Assembly (NCBI GenBank): GCA_024225395.1
Contig: JAAEMR010000159.1
Location: 811 to 64,810 of the forward strand
Length of the DNA stretch: 64,000 nucleotides
Origin: Gammaproteobacteria bacterium
GTDB lineage: Bacteria > Pseudomonadota > Gammaproteobacteria > GCA-001735895
Direction: 5' to 3'
How positions within the stretch are numbered: the stretch's first letter is position 1; each line of letters begins with the position of its first letter. A program made the position numbers and the translations under genes. Positions 9,324 to 19,217 of this stretch are shown one piece after another. Below the pieces are notes generated by a model, which was not told the origin of the DNA, searched no databases, and worked only from the letters and a program-made list of their open reading frames with translations.

Positions 9324-9854
9324 ATGAGTCTTACAGCCGTTACATCACATTTACAGCAAAGGCTGGAGCCCGTTGTCTCCCGCTTTATAAAGCCACAGTT
9401 TCTGAGCAATATTGCGACAAAGATGCCGCGTAAATTAAATTTCGTCGTGGTAGAAAAATTTCTGAATACGGCTTTTGCAGAACAGATTAGCGATGGAGAT
9501 TTTGAATTTCTGGAAGGTCGTGTGCTTCAGGTTGAGATTATCGATGCCGGTTTATTTGTAGGTTTAAGCTGTAGTCACAACAGAATTATCTGCAATCATT
9601 TTGACAGCAAGGCTTGCACTTCGGATGCGACACTTTCCATTGATACACTCAATGCGATTAATTTAATCCAGCAGGAAGTTGATCCGGATACATTGTTTTT
9701 CCAGCGTAAGCTAAAAATTAATGGCGATACAGAACTGGCCCATCATGTTAAGAATACGATTGATACGCTCGACCCTGAGGTTATTCCTGCTTTTATGCTG
9801 ACGATAATGGATAAGTATAAAATGAGAGTGCTTCTGCTTAATGCTTCACTGTAA
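9324..9854 (+). CDS. ubiT: SCP2-domain ubiquinone biosynthesis accessory factor (O2-independent pathway)
   Basis: 176 aa. ...DFEFLEGRVLQVEI...DPDTLFFQRKLKINGDTELAHHVKN matches E. coli YhbT/UbiT (ELEFLEGRWL...DPDTLFFQRRLVIEGDTELG). Confidence 0.75.
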   Translation: MSLTAVTSHLQQRLEPVVSRFIKPQFLSNIATKMPRKLNFVVVEKFLNTAFAEQISDGDFEFLEGRVLQVEIIDAGLFVGLSCSHNRIICNHFDSKACTSDATLSIDTLNAINLIQQEVDPDTLFFQRKLKINGDTELAHHVKNTIDTLDPEVIPAFMLTIMDKYKMRVLLLNASL

Positions 9855-10736
9855 GGGAATATATTTCATCCCTTCAACACCCAACCAGTAGCCATTACAG
9901 TATTCATATTCGCCAGTTAAGTTTGCTACTTTATCACTACCCGAAATCATTGCCGCTAACTGATCAACGGCTATAAGTGTATCCCTGGCGCTTACCGGCA
10001 CAATTCTTAGAATATCGACTCCAGCTAGCTGTATTTCCTGCCACCTGTCAAATAGATAAGTTATTTTTGCTGACTGCGTTTCAATACCATTAATCTGTGC
10101 AAAACTATCCCCTTCCTGGGTTTTGACCTTCAGTCCCTGTTCATAATCCAGGCATTTTAACTGGCAATCATCTTTTGGAAGCTGGTGATGCCGGGCAGTA
10201 AAACATCGTGCCGAATAAGCCAGCGGCATTCTGCCAAACACCTGGTATTCCAACTCAATACCGAGAGACTGGCAGTGACTTGCCATGGCTGCAATATCCT
10301 GCTGGCCGAGTTCGACCGGTACACACCAGCGACTCATTCCCTGCTTTTTCAGAATATCTAATGCCCTGTTGTTATAAACATTAATAGCCGTGCCAGCAAC
10401 ATATGCATTTCCATGCTCAGCGGCTACCTGAATAGCAGCCATGTCATTAGCTTCAATCAGGTATTCTTTTTGCTTAGCAATTTTACTCAGGTATTTTAAT
10501 TCCGAATCCGCTTCTAACAGGGTCAGGGTAGATAACACCACCTGCTTGCCGGCCCGGGTTAATAATTCTGCGATTTCCAGCCAGTCCTGAAACTTCATAG
10601 TCCGTCGTTTGGAACACACCGTTTCACCGAGATACACAATATCAACAGGACTTGAAGCTATCTTTTGATAAAAGGCAATATAGTCATCCTGTGACCAGAA
10701 ATAGGGTACTGCTGCTAATGATATTTTCACTGCCAA
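9846..10736 (-). CDS. ubiV: U32-family protein for O2-independent ubiquinone hydroxylation
   Basis: 296 aa. N-terminus ...PYFWSQDDYIAFYQKIASSPVDIVYLGETVCSKRR resembles E. coli YhbV/UbiV. It lies directly downstream of ubiU. Confidence 0.75.
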   Translation of the reverse strand: MAVKISLAAVPYFWSQDDYIAFYQKIASSPVDIVYLGETVCSKRRTMKFQDWLEIAELLTRAGKQVVLSTLTLLEADSELKYLSKIAKQKEYLIEANDMAAIQVAAEHGNAYVAGTAINVYNNRALDILKKQGMSRWCVPVELGQQDIAAMASHCQSLGIELEYQVFGRMPLAYSARCFTARHHQLPKDDCQLKCLDYEQGLKVKTQEGDSFAQINGIETQSAKITYLFDRWQEIQLAGVDILRIVPVSARDTLIAVDQLAAMISGSDKVANLTGEYEYCNGYWLGVEGMKYIPLQ

Positions 10737-11716
10737 TCCCTTTCGTAAGCCCCAATCGTGGTCTGCTTGCCTTCAGCCAGGCTGGCCAGTTTATTGATTG
10801 AATCCTGTGCTACTTTTTCCCCGGTGTTTTCTACCCGGTCTATGGCTTCACGCCAGGCTTTTGTTACCGTCGCCACATAAGCCGGGCTGCGTTGACGTCC
10901 TTCGACTTTGATAGCAACTACACCCGATTGAATCAACTCCGGCAGAATATCCATGGTGTTTAAACTGGTAGGTTCCTCCAATGCATGTTCAACATTGCCA
11001 CCCACGTCGAAACGTCCTTTACACAAAGTCGGGTATCCAGCACTTTCATTTTCTGTAAATTTATCAATCAATAATCCATTCAGGCGAGACTCCAGCACTT
11101 CACCTTTATCTTCCCACTGAACAAATGCTGCCGGAGAACAGACACCCTGAGTATTGGGAGACTCTCCTGTCAGGTAAGACGACAGATAACAACGCCCTTC
11201 CGCCATGATACATAAACTACCAAAACCAAACACTTCAATTTCAACCGGAGCAGTTCTGGCTAATTTTGAAACCTGTGCGAGAGATAGAACCCGGGGTAAT
11301 ACAGCGCGTTTAATAGCAAAGTTATTATAATAAAAATTAAGTGATTCCAGGTTGGTGGATGAAGCCTGCACCGATAAATGGATGGGAAAAGTATCAGATT
11401 TGGAGCGAATGTAGTCCATCACTCCGGTATCGGCGACAATCAGCGTATCTATCCCCAGGGCCATCGCCTGATCAACGGAATTCGTCCAGCGTGCCCATTT
11501 ACTTTCTCGCGGATAAGTATTGATCGCACAATAAACCTTACAGTTTTTGGCATGCGCATAATTTATCGCTTTAGCTATCTGCTTTTCAGAAAAATTCAAC
11601 CCTGCAAAATGACGAGCATTGGTTTCATTTTTTAACCCCATGTAAACAGCATTCGCACCATTATCAACGGCTTTCACCAGAGATTGATAATTACCTGCAG
11701 GACAAACAAGATCCAC
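10727..11716 (-). CDS. ubiU: U32-family protein for O2-independent ubiquinone hydroxylation
   Basis: 329 aa. MDLVCPAGNYQSLVKAVDNGANAVYMGLKNETNARHFAGLNFSEKQ is near-identical in pattern to the E. coli YhbU/UbiU N-terminus. Confidence 0.75.
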   Translation of the reverse strand: MDLVCPAGNYQSLVKAVDNGANAVYMGLKNETNARHFAGLNFSEKQIAKAINYAHAKNCKVYCAINTYPRESKWARWTNSVDQAMALGIDTLIVADTGVMDYIRSKSDTFPIHLSVQASSTNLESLNFYYNNFAIKRAVLPRVLSLAQVSKLARTAPVEIEVFGFGSLCIMAEGRCYLSSYLTGESPNTQGVCSPAAFVQWEDKGEVLESRLNGLLIDKFTENESAGYPTLCKGRFDVGGNVEHALEEPTSLNTMDILPELIQSGVVAIKVEGRQRSPAYVATVTKAWREAIDRVENTGEKVAQDSINKLASLAEGKQTTIGAYERDWQ

Positions 11717-11897
11717 GATCTATTCCTAAAATTGACGAGGTCATCTATTCTAGATAAAAATGGGCTCGTATCATTGACCTTAATCAACAAAACTGTTGCT
11801 GTAAATGATGTTATTAGCGCATTATTTTCTATTTTATTACTCCGTCAACTGCTACATTTAAAGCACAACTCTATTTGAAATATAGAATGGCATTATT

Positions 11898-12422
11898 GTG
11901 AGCATAAAAAATATACTTAAACGTTTTACTTCGAAAGACTCCAGAAACGATGAAATAGAGCAACAGAGCATGCGTAAAAGCAGTGCGAAAGAACATGATC
12001 AATTTATGGGAAGAATATATAAAGCCGTATCAACACACCGGGATAGTGAAGCCATATTTTTACTGCTTCAACGATTTGATATTGCTGAAACTCCATCTAA
12101 GCAATATGAAGAATTGTTTGATCACATGCATAAATGGGGGCCATCAAGAGTTCTACTTTGTCTAGGTCGTCTGATTATCGAAACACTGAACGAAGAACGG
12201 CGTTATGGCAGGGCGTTGTTTTTTATTGAAAAATGCCAGCAGGTCAGTCCTCAGTTTATTCTCGCCGACTTATCCCAGACTGTTTTTTATGCGAAAATGG
12301 CGGTTGAAGCGGACAAACTGGATGTGGCTAGAAATCTCATTTCTGACCCTGAGAAAAGATATGGAGAGATGGTAAACCTGGAGTTATGCAATAAGCTCAT
12401 CACCCATATTAATTTAGCTTAA
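11898..12422 (+). CDS. hypothetical protein (alpha-helical, no recognised domain)
   Basis: 174-aa ORF. Convergent with the next gene and overlapping it by 9 nt. Confidence 0.4.
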   Translation: MSIKNILKRFTSKDSRNDEIEQQSMRKSSAKEHDQFMGRIYKAVSTHRDSEAIFLLLQRFDIAETPSKQYEELFDHMHKWGPSRVLLCLGRLIIETLNEERRYGRALFFIEKCQQVSPQFILADLSQTVFYAKMAVEADKLDVARNLISDPEKRYGEMVNLELCNKLITHINLA

Positions 12423-12920
12423 AGCACCAGAGGTTCGTACAAAGGTTTGTTGAATTACCCAGGCATCACTACTAGCTCGATGACGTTCCGGAGAAGATTG
12501 TTCTATCACCTGATTTTTAATTTCATGCCAGTGTTCCATTTGCTGCTCATAAAGAATCATCTCTAACGGGCTAATGTAAAATGTTCGAGTAATACCCGCC
12601 TGAAAAAATAAAGTTTCTATCCATGGCTTATCGACAACCCAGCCATCAGAATAAACCGTTTTTCCATTTAATAATTCATTCAGCTTAAGGGCAACATCCA
12701 ACACCGGTCTCCCATGTGCCATTAAAGTATCACGTTGTATATGGTGAAGATTTTCTGCCGTAGCGTCCCAGTGATCCCACTCATCAACAGGAAGTATCAG
12801 GGTGGAAAATCGATTCCCATTTTCAAGAGCTACTCCGACTTCTATCGGGTAACTCTGAGGGTCAAAGCCTGAAGCTTCGACATCAATAATATTCGGTTTA
12901 AAACCTTCTCGTTTGATCAT
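12414..12920 (-). CDS. DEDDh 3'-5' exonuclease domain protein (DnaQ-like)
   Basis: 168 aa with Exo I motif IIDVEASG (DxE) and Exo III motif HRASSDAWV (H-x4-D). Confidence 0.5.
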   Translation of the reverse strand: MIKREGFKPNIIDVEASGFDPQSYPIEVGVALENGNRFSTLILPVDEWDHWDATAENLHHIQRDTLMAHGRPVLDVALKLNELLNGKTVYSDGWVVDKPWIETLFFQAGITRTFYISPLEMILYEQQMEHWHEIKNQVIEQSSPERHRASSDAWVIQQTFVRTSGALS

Positions 12921-13041
12921 CCCTGTTCACTCAAAATAGCAGCATAATCCAAGTGTAGTAAAATTCTGACAAATTTCAAAATATTTTATTAAAATTACTC
13001 TGTAAAAAAATAATGTAGATCGATAAGTATCACAAACTCTG

Positions 13042-13092
13042 CCATTACATCCATTGGTTTCATAAACAGAGCATCTCCGCACCACTTCTCCT
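13042..13092. repeat. ~49-bp conserved intergenic element, copy B (see 6141-6190)
   Basis: Lies just 3' of the selD-fusion stop and 5' of the exonuclease gene. About 85% identical to copy A. Confidence 0.5.
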
Positions 13093-13109
13093 GCATATTT
13101 TAGCCGGAA

Positions 13110-15371
13110 TTATTTTATTTGAATGGGCGCCCGGTCTTCGGATAACTCATTAATCCAACCAATGATTCGAGCATCAGCATATCCTGATAAATTCAGTTCA
13201 GCCACGCAGGCACCGGCCTTTTCATTTGGTACCCCGGCCAGTAAACCACCTGCAGTTTGCGGATCAAATAACAATGGAAAAGCAGGATGTTTAGCTGCAT
13301 TTTCAATATCATGAATAGCACGGCGTAAGCGCAGGTTCGCAGGCTGTAATGAGGACAGGATTCCTGCTGCAACTGTATCCATAGCGCCATCCAGCAACGG
13401 CAATGCATCCATGACTATTTCAGCATCTACTTCTGATGCTTTTGTCATTTCGATCAGGTGACCGATAATCCCAAAACCCGTCAGATCTGTACAGGCCGTT
13501 ACATTATGTTTTTGTAAACAGGCTGCTGCCTGCTGGTTGGAAAGCAACATAGATTGAATTGCTGCATCTACCCAGCGCCCCTTTGCTTTACCACGCATTT
13601 CTGCGGCGAATAAAGTTCCTGTTCCTACCGCTTTTGTGAGTACGATGGCATCACCCGGTTGCAATCCGCTTTTACGCCATACCTTGCTGGGATCGATTAA
13701 GCCATTCACCGTTAGGCCAAAAGCCAGCTCTGCACCTTCGCTGGAATGACCACCGATTAACACGGCTCCGGTTGGCTGAATGATAGACATGGCACCAGCC
13801 ATGACATCGTATAATGTTTCTTCGACCACTTTCTCGCGACCATAAGGAACCGTTGCAATAGCCTGCACCGACTGGGCTTCAGCCCCCATCGCAAAAATAT
13901 CACCCAGAGCATGGTTTGCCGCTATGGCCCCAAAAGTATAGGTATCTTCAATAAAGGTACGGAAATAATCGACGCTTTGCACCATCACTTTTCCTTCCGG
14001 CACGGCCAGCATGGCACAGTCATCAGGAGAATCTCTCCCAATCAAAACATCATCACGTTTTTCATCCGGCAGACGTTGCATCACTCTGGATAAAATGGTC
14101 GCCCCCACTTTGGCACCGCAACCACCACAACGCATGGCAGACATTGATAGTTCATTTATCACTTCAGCATTGGCTATGCCCGAGGCAAGTTGCAGACTAT
14201 CCTCCTCTTCCATTTCAGGCAATTCATTAAACTTGCGCATGAAGTTAACATCGATCCAGTCTTTAACTTTCCATAACCAGGCAGCCTCATACGACCAGTT
14301 TCCACGCGATGCCAATGCATACTTATCACCCGTACTTATTAAACCGAGAAAATTTTTCTGTGCTCTATAGGGTTTTAGTTGACCACCGGTTGCTGCAGCT
14401 CGTAGGTTACGCTCTAGCACCGGTCCCTGCCTGACGGCAAAAACACCCGACTTGGGTCTCGGGTCAATCAATGAGGCAATATCACCTGCGGAAAATATAT
14501 TTTTATGCGATACAGATTGCAGGTTTTTATCAACCTTTATAAAACCAGATTCATCCACAGCAAGTCCAGCCTGGGCTGGCCAGGCCGGACTTGCGGCTGT
14601 AGTCACCCAGATAACCGCATCAGCATCAACAGTTGATCCATCTTGCAGAATAACCTGACCGGCTCTAACTTCAGTCACTCTGTTGTTTGTTTTAATCGTG
14701 ATAAAACGTTCAGTAAAAATACGCTCGAAACGTTCGCGAACACCTGCATTGTGCAGGTGCATTATGCAATCGCTTTCGGTGATCAATGAGTATTTCAGGC
14801 GTCCAGGATCATCTCCCGCCTGCTTTAAAGTGTTTTGTAAACGGTATTGAGTAGACAGAGCTAGTTCCACTCCACCGGCACCACCACCCACAACAACCAC
14901 TCTGAACTTTCCTTTACTGTTACTAACCCGGTTTACCAGTGCTTCCCATTTTTGCAGGAATACATCGATGGGCTTGGCGGCAATTGCAAAATCATCAATG
15001 CCGGGAACATTAAGACTATTGGGTCGGGAACCTGTATTTATTGACAATAAATCATAGGAAATATTCGGACGCCCCCGAACAATGACCTGGGAATTTTTAA
15101 TATCCAGTGCGTCAACTTCAGCATGATATAAACGTGCTCCGGCAAAACGAGCCATAGGACCCAGATCGATATGACAATCGTCATAATCGTAATGCCCGGC
15201 AATATAACCGGGCACCATGCCCGAGTAAGGGGTATGGATATCACGGGAAATCAGGGTAACCCTCAACCCGGGTACCGGCTTCATTCCAAGACGTTTTAAT
15301 ACAGTGACATGTGCGTGGCCGCCACCAATTAACAGCAGGTCTTTTGCTACGGGTAAATTGATAGTTTTCAT
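13110..15371 (-). CDS. selD: bifunctional pyridine-nucleotide-disulfide (NDH-2-like) FAD oxidoreductase / selenide, water dikinase
   Basis: 753 aa. N-terminal Rossmann LLIGGGHAHV...VVVGGGAGGVE (two dinucleotide folds). The C-terminal half carries the SelD signature RCGGCGAKVG and AIR-synthase-related fold motifs. This architecture matches the known N-terminal-to-SelD fusion family. Confidence 0.8.
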   Translation of the reverse strand: MKTINLPVAKDLLLIGGGHAHVTVLKRLGMKPVPGLRVTLISRDIHTPYSGMVPGYIAGHYDYDDCHIDLGPMARFAGARLYHAEVDALDIKNSQVIVRGRPNISYDLLSINTGSRPNSLNVPGIDDFAIAAKPIDVFLQKWEALVNRVSNSKGKFRVVVVGGGAGGVELALSTQYRLQNTLKQAGDDPGRLKYSLITESDCIMHLHNAGVRERFERIFTERFITIKTNNRVTEVRAGQVILQDGSTVDADAVIWVTTAASPAWPAQAGLAVDESGFIKVDKNLQSVSHKNIFSAGDIASLIDPRPKSGVFAVRQGPVLERNLRAAATGGQLKPYRAQKNFLGLISTGDKYALASRGNWSYEAAWLWKVKDWIDVNFMRKFNELPEMEEEDSLQLASGIANAEVINELSMSAMRCGGCGAKVGATILSRVMQRLPDEKRDDVLIGRDSPDDCAMLAVPEGKVMVQSVDYFRTFIEDTYTFGAIAANHALGDIFAMGAEAQSVQAIATVPYGREKVVEETLYDVMAGAMSIIQPTGAVLIGGHSSEGAELAFGLTVNGLIDPSKVWRKSGLQPGDAIVLTKAVGTGTLFAAEMRGKAKGRWVDAAIQSMLLSNQQAAACLQKHNVTACTDLTGFGIIGHLIEMTKASEVDAEIVMDALPLLDGAMDTVAAGILSSLQPANLRLRRAIHDIENAAKHPAFPLLFDPQTAGGLLAGVPNEKAGACVAELNLSGYADARIIGWINELSEDRAPIQIK

Positions 15372-15445
15372 TTGTTATATTTTCTTTGCTTTCTCACACA
15401 TTTTATTACTCAACCAACAATAATACTCCACTACTTTAAAGGCTA

Positions 15446-15538
15446 TTCACCACGAAGGCACGCAGAGCACGAAGCTAAAAAACATAATTTGTATTATATA
15501 TTTTAATTTCTTAGTAAGCGTAGTTCCTTCATGGTGAA
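15446..15538. repeat. CACGAAG-heptad inverted-repeat element, copy 1
   Basis: TTCACCACGAAGGCACGCAGAGCACGAAGC ... CCTTCATGGTGAA, with 13-bp terminal inverted repeats. It sits in the selD-fusion upstream region. Confidence 0.55.
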
Positions 15539-15760
15539 CAATTTTTGAATTTTTTAATTATGCTGATTAGTAACTTTAGAGCGGGTCTAATGAATCGTTA
15601 TAGTGATGCCATTCCATATGGATCGTACGATGGTATTGACTCAATTTCGAGATTGATCAGGGTCCAGGTTGAAGCTATCGCCGCAACCCACTTTAAACTC
15701 AGGACACAGCTATTAAGGTACCGGAGCTGGCTATAATTTAGCAGCGAAAGGTAGTAGCCA

Positions 15761-18010
15761 TTATCCTCTTTCTTTCGTAAGCCTTATTTCTTCAACCTGT
15801 GTAATAGAAGTTTGAAATTTTTTGGGAATGACAACTGGATTAGTTGACTTGATGGAAGTAGATTTCACCTCTTCATTTTGCTTAAGGTTGACATAGGCTT
15901 CAAAGCGCTCACGAATTTTTCTGACATATTTGACCGGCTCTGCACCATCCACATAACCATATCTTGCTTTACTGGAATACGTTTTTTTTGATAGTAATAA
16001 CATTGCCTTTTCAGTATGTTCAAACCAGCGTTTACTATCCCAGCCTTTCTGAGCTGCCAGGCGTTGAGCATCCTGAACATGTCCAGCCCCTGCATTATAA
16101 GCGGCCAGGGTAAACCATATTTTCTCAGACACAGGTATATCCTTATCAAACCTGTCTCTCAACCAGTCCATGTACTTAATGCCTCCCTTAATATTACTAT
16201 CCGGATGTTTAATATCTTTCACCCCTACAGATTTTGCCGTTCTGGGCATTAATTGCATCAACCCTTTTGCGCCTGCAAATGATTTTGCTTTTGGATTAAA
16301 ACGACTTTCCTGATACATCTGAGCAGTAATCAGGCGCCAGTCAAAGCCATATTTATCTGCATATTTTTTTGTTAATTTATCCCAGGGAGATAGCTTATTA
16401 ATATCGATATTTTCTATACGGCCTTTAGCCAGTTTTTTTATAGATTTTCTGCTGGTAAAATACTTACTGTACAAAACGTTATAATACTCACTATTTTCAT
16501 TCTTTTTAATAAACTCGTTAATCGCCTTAACCAGCTTTAAATTTTTTTCTCGTATGGCTACCGCCTGTTCTCGTTTATCGCCAATGGTAAAGACTGATTT
16601 TACCGGTACCGATTTAGCCAGTTCTATATCCAGGATATGTGCATCGGCCAGAGTAACATCCAGTTTTTTAGCTCCGACAATTTTAATTAATTCCTCCGTT
16701 TCCATATCTTCCGGGGCAGCCTTAAAATTAAACTCTATTCCCATCTTGATCAATTTATCCAGAGTTTCCCAATAAGCACTCGACTTTCTAACACTTATTA
16801 TTCTATCGCCAATTTCTCTGATGCTTTTCAGAGAATCATCTTTATGCACAACAACATGCTGATACTCCCGGTTGTAAGCATTAGAAAACTTGATGCCCAG
16901 AGCTTCTCGCTTTTTAGTGGGTTCCAGAAATCCTATAGCCAGATCAGCCTTTCCTTCAACTAACCAGGTTAAAAGCTCCTTGTGTGTAGGTGGCACTAGA
17001 ACTTCCAGGCGCAAACCATGAAATTTTGCAAAAGAATTCACCATTTCATATTCAAATCCCAGTAGCTCTCCTTTATACAAAAAATATGATGAAGCATTAT
17101 TACGCAACAATACCCTGAGGACCTTACGTTTCTTAATCTCATCAAAGTCTCCCTTAAAGACTTTATTATTGAGTTCTGACAGGTGTTCCAGTTGTAAATA
17201 TTGATTCAGCGCATTCAATAAAGCAGGAGCTTCTTTGCGCACACCCCAGGCAATATCTCTTTTCCCGCTAAAATTTACAGCGACCTTAAAGTCATCCCGA
17301 TACCCTAAATACATCTCAACGATATTACTATCGCGGATGGTTGCATCTATTTTTCCCAGGGCTAATAGATCCATCTCTTCTTCATCCAGCATTCCGTCCG
17401 GTCTTGGAATTAACTCGATATCTTTATATTTTTGTTTTTTCAACCAGCTAAGAGAGTCCCAGAATGTAGAGTTGGGGGATACCATAACCCGCTTATAATT
17501 CAAGTCACTGACCAGTTTAATGCTGTCATCAGCTATGTTAACCAGCACTTTTTCTCGCACATGGTCTAATGGTACGGAGAATGCTATTTTTTTCCTGCGT
17601 GCATCAGTCACGGTTAAATTGCCCACCACAATATCACCCTTACCTGATTCCAGGGCCGGGATCAAATCGCCAAAATTATCGACAATGATCAGTTCAGGTG
17701 TTAACTCAAAGAAACGTGCGAATGCTTCAACTATTTCGTGTTGCTGACTGACTGGCGATCCCTTACGCGGCAGGTATCGACCACCGCCGATGTTGGCAGG
17801 GATAACAATTCGAAGCTTGCCACGTTTTTTGATAGCTTCGAAATCGCCTTTAAATTCTTCACTTGAGGATAACGGGGTAATCAGGCGACCGGGAAGGCTG
17901 GAACTGTAAGTTTCGCCGATATAAAAAATCAGTATAAAGCTGAGTAGTAACCTGAGGGCTATAATTCTCTGCGCCATAACATAAACATTGCACTTAGTTG
18001 CAACCAGCAT
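15761..18010 (-). CDS. mltF: membrane-bound lytic murein transglycosylase F-like (two periplasmic solute-binding domains plus SLT domain)
   Basis: 749 aa: signal peptide, two SBP_bac_3-like domains, and a C-terminal GLMQLMPRTA...AYNAG lytic transglycosylase motif. Confidence 0.7.
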   Translation of the reverse strand: MLVATKCNVYVMAQRIIALRLLLSFILIFYIGETYSSSLPGRLITPLSSSEEFKGDFEAIKKRGKLRIVIPANIGGGRYLPRKGSPVSQQHEIVEAFARFFELTPELIIVDNFGDLIPALESGKGDIVVGNLTVTDARRKKIAFSVPLDHVREKVLVNIADDSIKLVSDLNYKRVMVSPNSTFWDSLSWLKKQKYKDIELIPRPDGMLDEEEMDLLALGKIDATIRDSNIVEMYLGYRDDFKVAVNFSGKRDIAWGVRKEAPALLNALNQYLQLEHLSELNNKVFKGDFDEIKKRKVLRVLLRNNASSYFLYKGELLGFEYEMVNSFAKFHGLRLEVLVPPTHKELLTWLVEGKADLAIGFLEPTKKREALGIKFSNAYNREYQHVVVHKDDSLKSIREIGDRIISVRKSSAYWETLDKLIKMGIEFNFKAAPEDMETEELIKIVGAKKLDVTLADAHILDIELAKSVPVKSVFTIGDKREQAVAIREKNLKLVKAINEFIKKNENSEYYNVLYSKYFTSRKSIKKLAKGRIENIDINKLSPWDKLTKKYADKYGFDWRLITAQMYQESRFNPKAKSFAGAKGLMQLMPRTAKSVGVKDIKHPDSNIKGGIKYMDWLRDRFDKDIPVSEKIWFTLAAYNAGAGHVQDAQRLAAQKGWDSKRWFEHTEKAMLLLSKKTYSSKARYGYVDGAEPVKYVRKIRERFEAYVNLKQNEEVKSTSIKSTNPVVIPKKFQTSITQVEEIRLTKERG

Positions 18011-18142
18011 AAAAGCCCTTTGCCAAAATGTCTATGATTAATAGTCAGCAATTACAGTGAATATTTACAGGGTAACCATTTTAAATAAACAAAATCAGAA
18101 AGCTATTGCAGGATATGTTTAGTACACCCTGCAACAGGCAAA

Positions 18143-19048
18143 CTAACTATTATCGACACCACCGAGGTATTCACATAAAACGGGAATAAATCGGGATAAC
18201 TCGAGAGACATCAAAGCAAAGTCAGCATCAAAGCGCATCACTTCATCATCTGCAGCCGTGTCTGAAGCTTCTTCCATCACCAGATCCATAAATTTCAACC
18301 GTTTGATGGATAAATCTTCAGCCAGTACGCAGGATATTCTCTGCTGCCATTCAATCGCTAATTTGGACACGATCTTGCCTGAATTCAGGTGCTGCTGAAC
18401 CTCATCACTGCCCAGATCAACACCACGAATTCGAATGACACCACCGTTTTCCACCGGTTCTTTAAGTTCACATTCATCAGAAATTTCTACGTCAGCCGGA
18501 GCCAGGTTTTTTACCCAGCCAGTCATAATGACTGAAGGTGCAGAGTTGACCGCTAAAGGTTTCACCTTGAATGAACCCAGAGTATCTCGAATTAAGGTAA
18601 GTATTTCCTCTGCTTTATTGCTTGTAGTGCAATTTAAAATAACACGGTTATTTCTGGGATCGATATAAGCATAACTACGGCTGGACTTAGTAAAAGCACG
18701 GGGTAATAGATCAACGATAACCTCATCCTTAATATCATTTTTTTCTTTACGTCCGACAGTTCGTGCGTCTTTAGCTTCAATCTCATCCACCTTCTCATCT
18801 ACTGCATCGCGAACCACAGAAGCCGGTAATATACGGTCCTCACGGCGCATACATAACATCAGGCAGCCGTTAGTTGCATGCACCAGTTGATTTCCATGCT
18901 TACCCAGAGGGTAAGCCCAGCCAATTCGAAATTTATCCAGCCCCTGACAGGGTTTAAAAGCTTTATCTAATAGAATCTCATGCAACTCTTCTGCAGAAGC
19001 ATTAAAAGTTTCAGTGAGTTGGTATATCTGTAAATTACGGAACCACAT
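18143..19048 (-). CDS. rdgC: recombination-associated protein RdgC
   Basis: 301 aa. MWFRNLQIYQL... matches the RdgC N-terminus (MWFKNL). Confidence 0.85.
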   Translation of the reverse strand: MWFRNLQIYQLTETFNASAEELHEILLDKAFKPCQGLDKFRIGWAYPLGKHGNQLVHATNGCLMLCMRREDRILPASVVRDAVDEKVDEIEAKDARTVGRKEKNDIKDEVIVDLLPRAFTKSSRSYAYIDPRNNRVILNCTTSNKAEEILTLIRDTLGSFKVKPLAVNSAPSVIMTGWVKNLAPADVEISDECELKEPVENGGVIRIRGVDLGSDEVQQHLNSGKIVSKLAIEWQQRISCVLAEDLSIKRLKFMDLVMEEASDTAADDEVMRFDADFALMSLELSRFIPVLCEYLGGVDNS

Positions 19049-19217
19049 GCGAATGAAATCTCAGCCGGAAAAGGGTCGAGATTATGGCGAATTGAGATTC
19101 AATTATCCAGATGAGTTTGTGCTTTTTTTTAGTTAAAAAATTACGTTGAATTAGACAGCTAAAGCTTACACCCTCAACTACTCAACCAGTTTCGTAGTAG
19201 CAAGCTTTAGCTCCGAT

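Noticed and set aside
15545-15736. 63-aa ORF between the selD-fusion and the mltF-like gene
   Set aside because: It sits immediately after a repeat element, has no RBS and no recognisable features, and is likely non-coding leader sequence of the selD-fusion.
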